From: an uncultured Ectothiorhodospiraceae bacterium
GTDB lineage: Bacteria; Pseudomonadota; Gammaproteobacteria; S012-40
Assembly: GCA_945787715.1 (NCBI GenBank)
Contig: CALZJE010000001.1
Location: 11,127-75,126, forward strand
Reading direction: 5' to 3'
DNA length: 64,000 nt
Both the position numbers and the translations under genes were made by a program. Positions 1 through 10,500 of the stretch are shown here, in pieces (positions within the stretch are counted from its first letter, which is position 1; every line of letters begins with the position of its first letter). A model generated the notes under the pieces. That model was not told the DNA's origin, searched no databases, and worked only from the letters and a program-made list of their open reading frames with translations.

Positions 1-143
1 CGTTAAGTCTAAATCTACCAGTGAGTTTTTTATGAGCAATCAGTTAATTGATCATAAACTCAATTATGTGTGTTACTAGTGAATTAAATCACATTAAGAC
101 TAATGTTTATAGCAATATGATAGATGTCGAATAATTTAATGCC

Positions 144-179
144 AACAAAAAACGCCCGAGAAATCGGGCGTTTTTTGTT
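144..179. terminator. Intrinsic terminator (probably bidirectional)
   Basis: Perfect inverted repeat aacaaaaaacgcccga-gaaa-tcgggcgttttttgtt with A/T tails, just downstream of the minus-strand gene ending at 203. Confidence 0.85.
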
Positions 180-202
180 CGTAGTTGGTAATGCTTGGTA
201 TA

Positions 203-1342
203 TTATTTCATTGCGAAGCCGTTTATCGTCAGTGAATAAGGCCCAAGCTCTGTTTCAAAGGGGGAGTCGGATAACATCTCCAACGCGCCGGTTGTATCAT
301 TTACATGATAGGCTGAAATTGTAGCTTCACCGTTGTTTGCGACATAGACAAACGGGCTTGAGTTATCTCTGACCACTGCATATGGGAACCAACCTGCATC
401 AAACGGTGAATCTTTAATTTCTGAGAGCACACCTGTTTTGTTGTTAATTCGAAAAACGGTGACATCGTGACTACCCCAGTTTGCAGAATACAAAAACTCC
501 CCTTTAGCGTCAGTGGTAACAGAGTAGGGTTGAGCGCCCGCTAAAAAGGGTGATCCTTCAACTTCTGTTAATTCCCCCGTGATCTGGTCAATTTGAAAGG
601 CTGATACGGTGGTTGAACCATAATTACTGGAGTATGCGAATCGATTATTAGCGGTGATAGAAACGTAGATCGGTCGCTCATCTGTTTTCGCATCGTCAGA
701 TGTTCGAGTGAAAATGCCGGTTTCCTGGTTTACGGTATAGCTACTTATGCTGTGGCCATAAAAATTTGCAACATACGCAAATTTCCCATTTGGCGAAAGG
801 TTAACCGAAATGGGGTGCTCTCCTGTTTTAACCGGTGCGCCACTCGCAGTGATTGCTCCCGAGTTTTGATCAATAATGAAGGTTCTGATTTGATTGTCGT
901 TTTCGTTGGTAATGTATAGAAAATTTCCATTAGGACTGACAGTTACTGCATCTGGGTAATCGCCCACAATAAAAGGAGAACCATCGAGTTGTGTTAGCAC
1001 TCCACTGTCGGCATTTACTCGATAGGCAGATATACTGTTTGAACCTTGATTTGCTGCATAGACGAATTTGTTGTTAGGTGTTGTTTTGATTGAAACAGGA
1101 TAGCGCCCTGATTTAAACGGGGACCCTTCAATCTTGGTGAGCTGGCCTGTGACAAGGTTTATTTTAAAAGCAGAAACATTATGTGCGGCTTGATTTGCAG
1201 AGTAGACGAAATGGTGAGTGTCCGAAATATTTAATTTATTACTGGGATTTGGAGTTGTGGCAAATGAGTGTGTTGAAAAAATTAAAGCACTAACGACGGT
1301 GAGACTTCTTATAACTTTAAATACACCAACTGATTTTTGCAT
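203..1342 (-). CDS. Exported lactonase-family 7-bladed beta-propeller protein (6-phosphogluconolactonase-like)
   Basis: Repeated GSPF.aG..P.sv...P.g.f.Y.aN blades; signal peptide ending SFA; ATG at 1342 has a GAGG RBS (ORF track starts at 1372). Confidence 0.75.
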   Translation of the reverse strand: MQKSVGVFKVIRSLTVVSALIFSTHSFATTPNPSNKLNISDTHHFVYSANQAAHNVSAFKINLVTGQLTKIEGSPFKSGRYPVSIKTTPNNKFVYAANQGSNSISAYRVNADSGVLTQLDGSPFIVGDYPDAVTVSPNGNFLYITNENDNQIRTFIIDQNSGAITASGAPVKTGEHPISVNLSPNGKFAYVANFYGHSISSYTVNQETGIFTRTSDDAKTDERPIYVSITANNRFAYSSNYGSTTVSAFQIDQITGELTEVEGSPFLAGAQPYSVTTDAKGEFLYSANWGSHDVTVFRINNKTGVLSEIKDSPFDAGWFPYAVVRDNSSPFVYVANNGEATISAYHVNDTTGALEMLSDSPFETELGPYSLTINGFAMK

Positions 1343-1778
1343 AGTGGATTTACCTCGTGATAAAAATATCACTCAGGAGAATGAACGCCACCGATTTTTA
1401 TCTGTGTAGATAAAAATCTAACTTTAATTATTGTGTTTGCTAATCAGAGGATTTTGGCTCGCCTTGGAGAGGCGAGGTGCCAAAAAAATTGATGATTTCA
1501 ATATTAATGTTTTTTATAATTTGTTGAAACTACCTGCTCTAATATCTGAAAACAATAGGTTTTAGTGATCAGTAAATGCAGATTTAGATTAAATTTAATG
1601 CGTAGAGATTTAATTTAAATCTTTGTCACTATTAAGTTTTTGGTTTCATTTCTCATAAGTTAAACAAGGCTGCGAAAGTTGATTTTCTGCAACCCCTCCC
1701 ATAGATAAATTTAATATATTATTTCTCCAAGAAATAGTCTACTAGTTTTATCGGAAATTATTTTTTAAGGTTGTAGAT

Positions 1779-3317
1779 TTACTGGTATGCGTTGAGTATG
1801 TCGTTGAATGAGCGAATCCATGGCTTTAGTGTCCGTAACTCTTGAGATAATAGTTGGCGTGCGTTTTTCGCTTCTTGAGTTGTAGGAAATGACTGATAGA
1901 GAATGATAAACCAATCATTGTTATTTCTTGAGGTCTTTATTAATTTAGCGTGTGCTACTAGCTTGTGCTGTAGAATAAATTTCTTAGCAGCATGCTTGTT
2001 TGATGTGCCGATTAATTGAATGGTGAAATGATTTTCTTGTTGAGATTTAAGCCACTTTAGTTCTTCAGATTCTGATTGTTTAGATTGTTTAAGTAGAGTG
2101 GCAGGATTAGTCGCTACCTCAATAATATCTTCTTTTATTGTTTCGTTGGAAGGTGAATCGTCAAAAGAAGAATCGTCCATGTCATCATGTATGTTTATTT
2201 GTTCTAGAGCATCTGGCGTTGTTTTTTCTGTGATAGTCTCAGTGTTACGGGAAAGAGATTTGTTGTTCAACATTGGTTCCTCAATAGCAGTGGTAGACTG
2301 AGGTGTTTGTGATTTTTCTGTTATGTCTATAGGTGAATCAGTATTGGAATTAACTTTGTTTTTGCTTGGAATCTCAAGAGGTATTAAATCACCTCCCGAT
2401 TCTTCGTTAGTAGACTCTGGGAGTGCTAATATAACAATGAGAATGACAATGCCTACTGTTAACGATAGAGCGATTGCTGTGAAATTTTTATTAGGCGTTA
2501 TAGGTTTATTTTTTAACGGTAAATCTGTTGGCGTTGAGGATAGATCTGATAATAGCTCATCAGAAAGTATGTTTATTTTTTTGGGAACACCCATGGAATC
2601 TAAATGTATTTTTTTTATTTTCTCTTTGTCGAACAAAGGATGGCTTTCTATGCCTAGGCTTTTTAATCGGAACTCGATGTATTCCTGTGTCTCACTAAGA
2701 GTAAAAGGTAATAATGGCAGATATTTCAGCGATGCCTGTTTTTCTTCACGAGGAATAGAATTTAATACTAGCTCAGGGATTGTTCGTCCGAGGATCAATA
2801 GTCTAACAAGTGGTGATGACTCTTGCGTGTGAGAAATGAGTGTAGATAGTGCTGGCACGAGAGATGGGTGTAGCAATTCAATATCGTCAATAATAAGAAT
2901 TGCAAGTTCCCCAGTATGTTTTAAGCCTTCAATCTGATCAACCACAGTTTTTATGTCTTCGCCAGCGCTGTGTTCTGAATCAGCTTTAAGCTGGAAATCA
3001 TTAACTATATTATCAATAAAGTTATGTTCGGTAGTACAACTTCGTGCGGAGATGTAACATGTACGCCAGTTGTTTTGCGCCAGAGTTGCACACTGTTTGC
3101 CGACTGATGTTTTACCAATGCCATCTACCCCCTGGATAAATAGCACTAGTTTTGTATAGTCAACAAGGTGAGAAATTTTATTGACTATTTCTTTTCTATT
3201 TTCATTTTCATAAAAATAACGTTGATTAGCAGCAATTGATTTGGAAGCAGGAACTTCCGGGTCTATGTTGCTAAGGGAGTCCAGTTTTTCTGAGAGATGT
3301 TCTGAGAAGTCTTTCAT
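1779..3317 (-). CDS. AAA (ExeA-like) ATPase - TM helix - SPOR domain protein (DamX-like)
   Basis: Walker A GVDGIGKT, Walker B ILIIDD, TM AIALSLTVGIVILIVILAL, acidic linker, C-terminal SPOR (FTIQL...PWIRSF); downstream of aroB like damX. Confidence 0.75.
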   Translation of the reverse strand: MKDFSEHLSEKLDSLSNIDPEVPASKSIAANQRYFYENENRKEIVNKISHLVDYTKLVLFIQGVDGIGKTSVGKQCATLAQNNWRTCYISARSCTTEHNFIDNIVNDFQLKADSEHSAGEDIKTVVDQIEGLKHTGELAILIIDDIELLHPSLVPALSTLISHTQESSPLVRLLILGRTIPELVLNSIPREEKQASLKYLPLLPFTLSETQEYIEFRLKSLGIESHPLFDKEKIKKIHLDSMGVPKKINILSDELLSDLSSTPTDLPLKNKPITPNKNFTAIALSLTVGIVILIVILALPESTNEESGGDLIPLEIPSKNKVNSNTDSPIDITEKSQTPQSTTAIEEPMLNNKSLSRNTETITEKTTPDALEQINIHDDMDDSSFDDSPSNETIKEDIIEVATNPATLLKQSKQSESEELKWLKSQQENHFTIQLIGTSNKHAAKKFILQHKLVAHAKLIKTSRNNNDWFIILYQSFPTTQEAKNARQLLSQELRTLKPWIRSFNDILNAYQ

Positions 3318-3568
3318 ATAGGGTTGCTTTGTCCTTCCATAAATACGACACGATAACCACGTTTGATTTGTTTATCACGCGCTTCTATCAATGCACTTTC
3401 TGCTTCTTCAGGTGTTGAAAAAAATTTTTTCTGAACGCGTCCTGGTGATCCTTGAGCTCCCCACTCTTTGGTTAACAGCCAACCATTAAATAAATCAGGT
3501 CCCAGGTGTAATTGATAAAACCGAGGTTGATGATTTTCGCTTGTTGCTGTCTGCATATATATTCGCAT
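3314..3568 (-). CDS. WGR-domain protein
   Basis: RFYQLHL.PDLF..W.L..EWG..G..G...K.KRGY pattern; 4-bp overlap with next gene. Confidence 0.8.
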   Translation of the reverse strand: MRIYMQTATSENHQPRFYQLHLGPDLFNGWLLTKEWGAQGSPGRVQKKFFSTPEEAESALIEARDKQIKRGYRVVFMEGQSNPI

Positions 3569-3637
3569 AAGTTATTCTGACTATAAAAGTGCTTGCGTCA
3601 AATTGAGATAATAATTATAAATTAACCTGGTTGATGC

Positions 3638-4789
3638 TCAAGTGAGTTGCAAAGGATCAAATAATCGGTTGTATTCTGATATTGCATAACGATCGGTCAT
3701 ACCAGCTACATAGTCCGCAACAATTCTTGCACGACCAATATCTCCATCACTGCTTTCCATTATCTTGGCTTTTCGACGATATTCATTGGCCAGTAATTTA
3801 GTATCGTTAATAAATGCATCAAATAATCTTTCAACGATATGATGTGCCTTTTTAGACATTCGATAGACGCGAAAGTGTGAATAGAGATTATTTCTTAAAA
3901 ATTGTTTTAACTCCAGATTCATGGCTATCATTTGCTCACTAAACTTAATGATTGGACTAGAGTATTGTCTGACATCCACTATGGATGATGGTGATACGCC
4001 CGCTAGGCTTTGTTTTGATGTTTCGATTAGGTCGCTTACTAAGCAGTTAATCATTCGCCGAATGATTTCATGTGTTGCCCTGCGCTCACTCAGTTGTGGG
4101 TAGAGGTCTTTAACCACTCGGTAATGCTCTTCAAACAATTTGATTTCAAGCAATTGTTGAACATTAATTAGGCCTGCTCTCAAGCCGTCATCGATATCGT
4201 GGTTATTATATGCAATTTCATCCGCGAGATTCGCAAGTTGCGCTTCGAGGCTAGGTTGGTGCTGCTTTAAAAACCTTTCACCTAGTTGCCCTAATTGTCT
4301 GGCATTGGGTAGGGAGCAGTGCTTCAGAATGCCTTCGCGAGTTTCAAATGTAAGATTCAGCCCTTCAAATTCGGCATATTTTTCTTCAAGCACATCAACG
4401 ACTCTCAATGATTGGAGATTGTGCTCAAAACCGCCGTAATTTGACATGCATTTGTTGAGCGCATCTTGCCCGGCATGGCCAAAAGGCGTGTGACCCAGAT
4501 CGTGAGCTAACGCGATCGCTTCTGTTAGGTCTTCATTGAGATTTAATGCTCTTGCGAGTGCACGGCCTATTTGTGCAACTTCGATTGAGTGAGTAAGCCG
4601 AGTTCTAAACAAATCACCTTCATGATTGACAAAAACCTGAGTTTTATATTCTAGTCGTCTGAAGCCTGTAGAATGCACGATTCGGTCTCTATCGCGCTGA
4701 TATTCGCTTCGGTACTTGGGTGGCGCTTCATAGAACTGTCTTCCGAGAGTGGAGTCTGAAGTGGCAGCATATTGAGCAAGAGTTTGCAT
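3638..4789 (-). CDS. dgt: Deoxyguanosinetriphosphate triphosphohydrolase (HD family)
   Basis: [46 protein letters not shown]. Confidence 0.93.
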   Translation of the reverse strand: MQTLAQYAATSDSTLGRQFYEAPPKYRSEYQRDRDRIVHSTGFRRLEYKTQVFVNHEGDLFRTRLTHSIEVAQIGRALARALNLNEDLTEAIALAHDLGHTPFGHAGQDALNKCMSNYGGFEHNLQSLRVVDVLEEKYAEFEGLNLTFETREGILKHCSLPNARQLGQLGERFLKQHQPSLEAQLANLADEIAYNNHDIDDGLRAGLINVQQLLEIKLFEEHYRVVKDLYPQLSERRATHEIIRRMINCLVSDLIETSKQSLAGVSPSSIVDVRQYSSPIIKFSEQMIAMNLELKQFLRNNLYSHFRVYRMSKKAHHIVERLFDAFINDTKLLANEYRRKAKIMESSDGDIGRARIVADYVAGMTDRYAISEYNRLFDPLQLT

Positions 4790-4797
4790 GGTTTAAG

Positions 4798-5883
4798 CTA
4801 TTCCTTTACTGAAAGAAAAGACTCCAGTGTTTTGTTCAATGCTGTTCGGTCATAGTTATCGCTAATTATGGCTTCACCGATTGATTGCAGCAAAACTAAT
4901 CGAATAACACCATTAAGCGCTTTTTTGTCTCGTAACATGAGATCAATAAATTGTGCTTGTGTCATTTCTTTTGGTGGAGCTGTTGGTAGTTTTGCTCTTT
5001 TTGTCAACGAGACTATCTTGTCCATATCATCTTTTGATAAAAAACCAGACCTCAATGATAGATCGGCAGCCATAAGCATACCCACTGCCACTGCCTCACC
5101 ATGGAGCCATTGCCCGTATCCTGACGCAGTTTCTATAGCATGACCAAATGTATGCCCCAAATTTAACAAGGCTCTTTTACCACTTTCTTTCTCATCTGCG
5201 GCTACAATCTCAGCTTTATCCCGACAAGAGCGCTCAATTGCATAGGCCAGTGCATCAGCATCTCGGTTTGTTAGTTTTTCAATATTTGATTCAAGCCATT
5301 CGAAAAATGGTTTGTCACCTAAAAGCCCATATTTAATGACTTCTGCTATGCCGGCGGCAAGTTGCTTATCTTCAAGCGTGTTTAATGTTTCTGTATCAGC
5401 GATAACACATAGTGGTTGGTGAAATGCACCAATCATGTTTTTTCCAAGAGCATGGTTAACACCGGTTTTACCACCAACTGATGAGTCAACCTGGGAAAGT
5501 AGCGTTGTCGGTATCTGGATGAAATTTACACCACGTTGATAACTTGCGGCTGCAAACCCTGCCATATCACCAATGACACCTCCGCCCAATGCGACGAGAG
5601 TCACGCTACGATCCATTTTATGGGTTAATAGTGCATCAAAGATAAGATTAAGCGTTTCAAGGTTTTTATATTGTTCTCCATCCGGCAATATAACTGTTTG
5701 ATGCTCAAAACCTGCAAGCATTGCTTGGGTTTTTTTTAGATAAAGTGGAGCAATTGTTTCGTTGGTAACTATAAGTACTTGTTTGTTTTTGATGTGGCTT
5801 CGTATTAAGTCCTGAGCTAGCAGGCCTCTGCCAATATAAATCGGATAGCTACGTTCACCAAGGTCGACGTGTAGTGTTTTCAT
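4798..5883 (-). CDS. aroB: 3-dehydroquinate synthase
   Basis: [35 protein letters not shown]. Confidence 0.97.
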   Translation of the reverse strand: MKTLHVDLGERSYPIYIGRGLLAQDLIRSHIKNKQVLIVTNETIAPLYLKKTQAMLAGFEHQTVILPDGEQYKNLETLNLIFDALLTHKMDRSVTLVALGGGVIGDMAGFAAASYQRGVNFIQIPTTLLSQVDSSVGGKTGVNHALGKNMIGAFHQPLCVIADTETLNTLEDKQLAAGIAEVIKYGLLGDKPFFEWLESNIEKLTNRDADALAYAIERSCRDKAEIVAADEKESGKRALLNLGHTFGHAIETASGYGQWLHGEAVAVGMLMAADLSLRSGFLSKDDMDKIVSLTKRAKLPTAPPKEMTQAQFIDLMLRDKKALNGVIRLVLLQSIGEAIISDNYDRTALNKTLESFLSVKE

Positions 5884-5951
5884 ATTTTATCTATTTGTAG
5901 AATCTCTTGTTAATATTAACTGGTTTAATTAGGAGTCTATCCGAGAAAAAA

Positions 5952-6497
5952 TTAATCGTTTGAAAATGAAGGCACTGCTTTCAGAATATCCACGATATCG
6001 TTTATTATCTCCCTAATTGGCTTTTGATCAGTTTCAAAGATTAAATCAGCAACCTCTTGATAGTAGGGTTCGCGAGCAGCCAATAGTTTTGCTAATACTT
6101 CTTTTGGATTGTTGTGTTGTAGAAGTGGGCGATTTCTATCTTTTGATGTTCTCTCCAGCAGTTTTTCCAAAGAAGCCTGGAGATAGATCACAAAGCCATT
6201 TTCTGAGAGTATTTTTCTATTCTCTTCTTTTATGACTGCTCCGCCGCCGGTAGCAAGTATGATATTGTCCGTTTTTGCGAGTCTTGAAATCATTCGGGAT
6301 TCACGTTCTCTAAATCCCTCTTCACCTTCTAATTCAAAAATGAGCGGAATTGACGCGCCGGTGTTTTGCTCTATTTCTTGATCGCTGTCTATAAATTCCT
6401 TATCTAAAGCTTCAGCGAGCTTTAGGCCAATGGTTGTTTTTCCAGCGCCCATCGGGCCAACAAGAAAAATACGAGATGGAAATGTTGCGCTTTTCAA
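5952..6497 (-). CDS. aroK: Shikimate kinase
   Basis: GPMGAGKT, GEEGFRERE, ATGGG, RPLL; TTG start uncertain. Confidence 0.96.
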   Translation of the reverse strand: MKSATFPSRIFLVGPMGAGKTTIGLKLAEALDKEFIDSDQEIEQNTGASIPLIFELEGEEGFRERESRMISRLAKTDNIILATGGGAVIKEENRKILSENGFVIYLQASLEKLLERTSKDRNRPLLQHNNPKEVLAKLLAAREPYYQEVADLIFETDQKPIREIINDIVDILKAVPSFSND

Positions 6498-6640
6498 ACT
6501 AAGGATTCCGCATAAAAATAATCAACTTTGTATTTCGAAGATTATAAGCGCAGATTGACCAGTTGTGAATCATTGATCTGTTTACATGAAAAGTAAAGCT
6601 GCAAAACTACGTTTTTAGGTAGGGAAGGTTTAGTTTGAAT

Positions 6641-8689
6641 TTATTCCAATCTGAGGCGCTCTTTAAGTATTTTGGGAGTAACAAATATCAGGAGCTCATC
6701 TTTTTCATCAACTTCTGATGTAGAACGGAAAAGCCAGCCTATTAAGGGAATGTCACCAAGGAGTGGAATTTTATGTTTTTCTACTTTCTTGGTTTGTTCA
6801 AATACACCACCTAAAACCACTGTTTCTCCATTGTCAATTAGGACCTGGGTCTGTACTTCCTTGGTATCGATACTGGGTACACCATTAAATACTTCACCGA
6901 CGCTATCTTTAGTCACGCGTAAATCGAGAATCACTCGATCATCGGGTGTGATTTGGGGAGTGACATTCAAGCTAAGAACCGCTTTTTTGAAAGCAACAGA
7001 GGTCGCACCACTTGAGCTTGCTTGAAGATATGGAATTTCTGTACCTTGCTCAATTAGCGCTTCTTTCTGATTTGAAGTGATTACTTTTGGATTAGAGACT
7101 ATTTCACCTTTCCCTTCAGTTTGTAGCGCTGTTAATTCTAGGTCTAATAATGCGGTATCTGTGAGTAAACCTAATGCGAAGCTACCTGGAGTACTCGCTG
7201 TGCCAGTGACGGGAAGATTTAAATTAAAATTTGAACCTGAGCCTAATAGTGAAGGTGAATTAGTAAAGCCAGCGGCCTTGCCTGAAGTAAATATTGTGCT
7301 GTTTCCCCTTTTTTTTGTGGCTGTTACGCCAAGTTTGACTCCTAAATCGCTACTAAAGCCATCGTTAGCAATAACGATGCGTGACTCGATCAATACCTGA
7401 CGGATCGGCACGTCAAGGTTGGTGATTAGGCTCCTGATATCGTTGAGTCTGTCAGTGGTATCGCGAACTAACAGGGTATTGGTTCTTTCGTCGATTGATA
7501 TATTGCCTCGCTCTGAAAGTAGAGAGTTATTTTCCGATTTAATAAGTTCGGCCAATATGGAAGCTTTGGCATAATTGATTTGAATAAGTTCTGAACGCAA
7601 TGGAGTTAGTTCAGTTAGTTGTTTTTGAGCTTCCAGTTCAAGTTTCTCTCGAGCCGCAATCTCTTCGCTTGTCGCAATGAGCATAACAGAGCCGTTTTTC
7701 CGCATAGCCAAACCCTTAGTTTTAAGGATGATGTCGAGTGCTTGGTCCCACGGTGTATTTTTAAGTCGTAATGTAATGCCGCCTTGAACGGTGTCACTCA
7801 CGACAACATTGAGATCAGTGAAGTCAGCTAATAATTGCAGCACTGCGCGAACTTCAATGTCTTGAAAATTTAATGAAAGTTTTTCACCAGAATATTGTGT
7901 TTTCTTTTGTGCAGCTTTTTCCTTTGCAGTAATTGGGCGTACATCAATTGTTAGCGTATTGTCGGATTGATAAGCCAGATGTTCGTATTCGCCTGTTGGT
8001 GTAATGATCATTGTTACATTGCTTCCAGAGGTAAATGTATCAATGGTCTTGACCGGGGTTGCGAAGTCTACTACATCCAGACTTTGTTGAAGGTTGTCGG
8101 GTAGGTCAGCGTCCACATATTCGACGATGATTTTTCCTGCCTCCTCCCGAATGTCAGCAACCATGTTGGGTTCGCTAAATGTGACTACGACTCGACCTTC
8201 TCCACTATCACCGCGTCTAAAATCTACATTTTTAAGTCCGTGTGCCTGTTTTGTTTGAAAAGAAGCCGCCCCTGATTGAGATATTGTCGGGCTGCTCTCT
8301 GTCGAATTAGAGCCTAAAATTAAAATCAAAGAGTTTTCGGTCATTCGCGTTGTATATGCAACTTGTTTTACAAGATTGATCATAACACGTGTTCGTTCGC
8401 TATCTTCTATAGTAGCTACAGATTTGATATTGCCCATTTCTACACGGCGCGAGTGCCACGATAGCCTGTTTTTGGTATTGGTGAAATCAAGCGCAATTTG
8501 TGCAGGCTCGACTATAGTGAATACGCTAGGTTCGGTAAAGCCGCCAGAAATACTAAATGTTACCTTTACTTTGTCTCCGGGGAGGGAGCTAAAGTCAATA
8601 TCCTGTAAATTGCCAGCAAAGAGCCCGGTACTTGCAATTAAAAGTGAAACAAATAGGCCTGATACGAATATATTGTTATTTTTGCTCAT
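6641..8689 (-). CDS. pilQ: Type IV pilus secretin
   Basis: AMIN domains, YSGEKLSLNFQDI, secretin C-terminus (QVLIESRIV, IPLLGDIPLIGWLF). Confidence 0.96.
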   Translation of the reverse strand: MSKNNNIFVSGLFVSLLIASTGLFAGNLQDIDFSSLPGDKVKVTFSISGGFTEPSVFTIVEPAQIALDFTNTKNRLSWHSRRVEMGNIKSVATIEDSERTRVMINLVKQVAYTTRMTENSLILILGSNSTESSPTISQSGAASFQTKQAHGLKNVDFRRGDSGEGRVVVTFSEPNMVADIREEAGKIIVEYVDADLPDNLQQSLDVVDFATPVKTIDTFTSGSNVTMIITPTGEYEHLAYQSDNTLTIDVRPITAKEKAAQKKTQYSGEKLSLNFQDIEVRAVLQLLADFTDLNVVVSDTVQGGITLRLKNTPWDQALDIILKTKGLAMRKNGSVMLIATSEEIAAREKLELEAQKQLTELTPLRSELIQINYAKASILAELIKSENNSLLSERGNISIDERTNTLLVRDTTDRLNDIRSLITNLDVPIRQVLIESRIVIANDGFSSDLGVKLGVTATKKRGNSTIFTSGKAAGFTNSPSLLGSGSNFNLNLPVTGTASTPGSFALGLLTDTALLDLELTALQTEGKGEIVSNPKVITSNQKEALIEQGTEIPYLQASSSGATSVAFKKAVLSLNVTPQITPDDRVILDLRVTKDSVGEVFNGVPSIDTKEVQTQVLIDNGETVVLGGVFEQTKKVEKHKIPLLGDIPLIGWLFRSTSEVDEKDELLIFVTPKILKERLRLE

Positions 8690-8763
8690 TATCTTTGTTC
8701 ATTATTTTTTTAATATTGGATTGATGTTAATGATTTCTTTTCCGACAACTGTACAAACCTGTG

Positions 8764-9327
8764 TTACTGAGATAAAGCCAGGTTTTTTCTTCGTTCAGCC
8801 CAGCCGCCGAATCCGTCTGCAATAATTTCATTTATTGTGATTTTTGATTCTGAAATATTAAGAACTTTGCCGTTGTTCTCGCCAATATAATTTCCTTCGT
8901 GTACACGGAAAATATTGTTATCTGGTGTTTTTATGATTGCCCAATTTTTTCCGTCGTTGTTCATAACGCCTGCCATGACAAGACTATCTAATGGGTATTT
9001 TTCGAGTTCTTCTTTATTGCGTACATTGCTTGGGTGTACACCATTGCGTATACTTCTTTTTTTAGAGATGGATTTGGCAAGGGAGGCTGTCGATTTAAAA
9101 GGATCTCTATTATTTGCAACCTGATATCGATGTGTTTCATAGGGTGTAATTATTGGTAAGGCTTCTACTTGACTCACATGCTTTGCTTCTATTTCTGCAA
9201 CAAAGGTTACCAGGTCATTCATATTATTGTTTGTGCAGCCAGTGGCTATTAGTATTGATAGTGTTACTAATATTTTTTTAGTTGGATTAACGTAAAGCTC
9301 CGAAATTAATTTATCTTGCTGCTTCAT
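8764..9327 (-). CDS. pilP: Type IV pilus lipoprotein PilP
   Basis: Lipobox ATGC, RDPF, KEELEKYPLDSL, GNYIGENNG; operon position. Confidence 0.92.
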   Translation of the reverse strand: MKQQDKLISELYVNPTKKILVTLSILIATGCTNNNMNDLVTFVAEIEAKHVSQVEALPIITPYETHRYQVANNRDPFKSTASLAKSISKKRSIRNGVHPSNVRNKEELEKYPLDSLVMAGVMNNDGKNWAIIKTPDNNIFRVHEGNYIGENNGKVLNISESKITINEIIADGFGGWAERRKNLALSQ

Positions 9328-9956
9328 TTGCTTTGCTCACTGAGTTGCTCAAGCTCGTTATTATCGAGATATCGAAAGGTTTTTGCTTTTGCTTCAAGAA
9401 TTAGTTCTTGAGAGGGATTTTTTTTGCTTCCATTGTTTTTCGATTGTTGAATTGAAAATTCATGAATCGTTACTATGCGAGGTAATCCTGCTACTCCACT
9501 CATGAATTTTCCAAACTCATGATAATCACCACGTACGACAAGTTCGATTGGAAGTTCAACGTAAAAATCTCTGGGTAATTCACCCTGCGGCTTGAAATAA
9601 TCAAACTGCAAACCGTTGCTTAGCCCTGTTTGTGTGATGTCTGTTAATAGATCCGCGACTTCTGTTTTGCTAGGAAGTTGACCTAATAATGAACCAAAGG
9701 TTTTTTGAATTTCTTCTAACTGTTTTTGATGGCTGCTTAAGTTAGATGCTTTAGCTTGTTTTTTCTCAAACTGCCTTTTTAGGTCGAGTTCTTTTTTTTC
9801 CAGAGTTGCCAGGTGATCGCGTTGACCTGATGTGTCAACAAAGTATCCTATTGTTAACATAGCTGCGGGTATTAATGATAAGGTAATTGTCTTTGCAGCA
9901 GTTGACCAGTTACCAACATTACTAAAGTCAAGTTCATTGAGTTCGGAGAGACTCAT
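9324..9956 (-). CDS. pilO: Type IV pilus assembly protein PilO
   Basis: LPSKTEVADLLTDI, FYVELPI, LPRIVT; operon position. Confidence 0.93.
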   Translation of the reverse strand: MSLSELNELDFSNVGNWSTAAKTITLSLIPAAMLTIGYFVDTSGQRDHLATLEKKELDLKRQFEKKQAKASNLSSHQKQLEEIQKTFGSLLGQLPSKTEVADLLTDITQTGLSNGLQFDYFKPQGELPRDFYVELPIELVVRGDYHEFGKFMSGVAGLPRIVTIHEFSIQQSKNNGSKKNPSQELILEAKAKTFRYLDNNELEQLSEQSK

Positions 9957-10498
9957 TCCTGATGACTCCTTTTTACGTTAAGGGAAAACCAGCTATGATT
10001 CGGATAACCCTTGGTATCTGCATCAATAACAATAAGTTCAGCATCCTGTAACCATCTTGACTTGTCGATATTTCGCATGTATGAGGAGATTCGTGAGTTA
10101 GATTCCGCAATCCCTTCAATATGAAGATTGTTTTCCTCGTGACTTAATTTTAGTAATTGGACGCCAACTGGCATGGTCGCAACTATAGTTTCAAAGAGGT
10201 AGACAATTTCGGGTCTACTTTTTTGTAACTGTTGAATTACTTCCATTCTATTGAGAAGGTTTGATTTTTCTTCTTCCATTATTTTTATTGCAGTTATTTC
10301 CTTTTCAACAGATTTGATTTGCTGGGTGAGATATAGGTTACGTGTATTCTGATAAGTTATTAGATTATTGATTTCCATGTGAACGGTCGCAATAATGCCG
10401 GCAGTAATGATCGCCGTAATTGCGGCCACTATGTAAAAACGTTTTTCTCTTTCTTTTTTGAGAGTCTCGCGCCAGGGAAGTAAATTAATTCTTGCCAT
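9953..10498 (-). CDS. pilN: Type IV pilus assembly protein PilN
   Basis: MARINLLPWRE N-terminus; start moved to ATG 10498. Confidence 0.93.
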   Translation of the reverse strand: MARINLLPWRETLKKEREKRFYIVAAITAIITAGIIATVHMEINNLITYQNTRNLYLTQQIKSVEKEITAIKIMEEEKSNLLNRMEVIQQLQKSRPEIVYLFETIVATMPVGVQLLKLSHEENNLHIEGIAESNSRISSYMRNIDKSRWLQDAELIVIDADTKGYPNHSWFSLNVKRSHQE

Positions 10499-10500
10499 TG

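Noticed and set aside
1451..1485. Known riboswitch (e.g. c-di-GMP) upstream of the propeller gene
   Set aside because: No aptamer consensus recognised; only a simple hairpin
2098..2832. Plus-strand ORFs (67 and 169 aa), and similar antisense ORFs over pilQ, maeB, slmA, argB and the lipoprotein gene
   Set aside because: Antisense shadows of well-supported genes
3638..4789. dGTPase as an anti-phage defence system
   Set aside because: Short housekeeping-type Dgt in the core aroKB context with no defence-island neighbours
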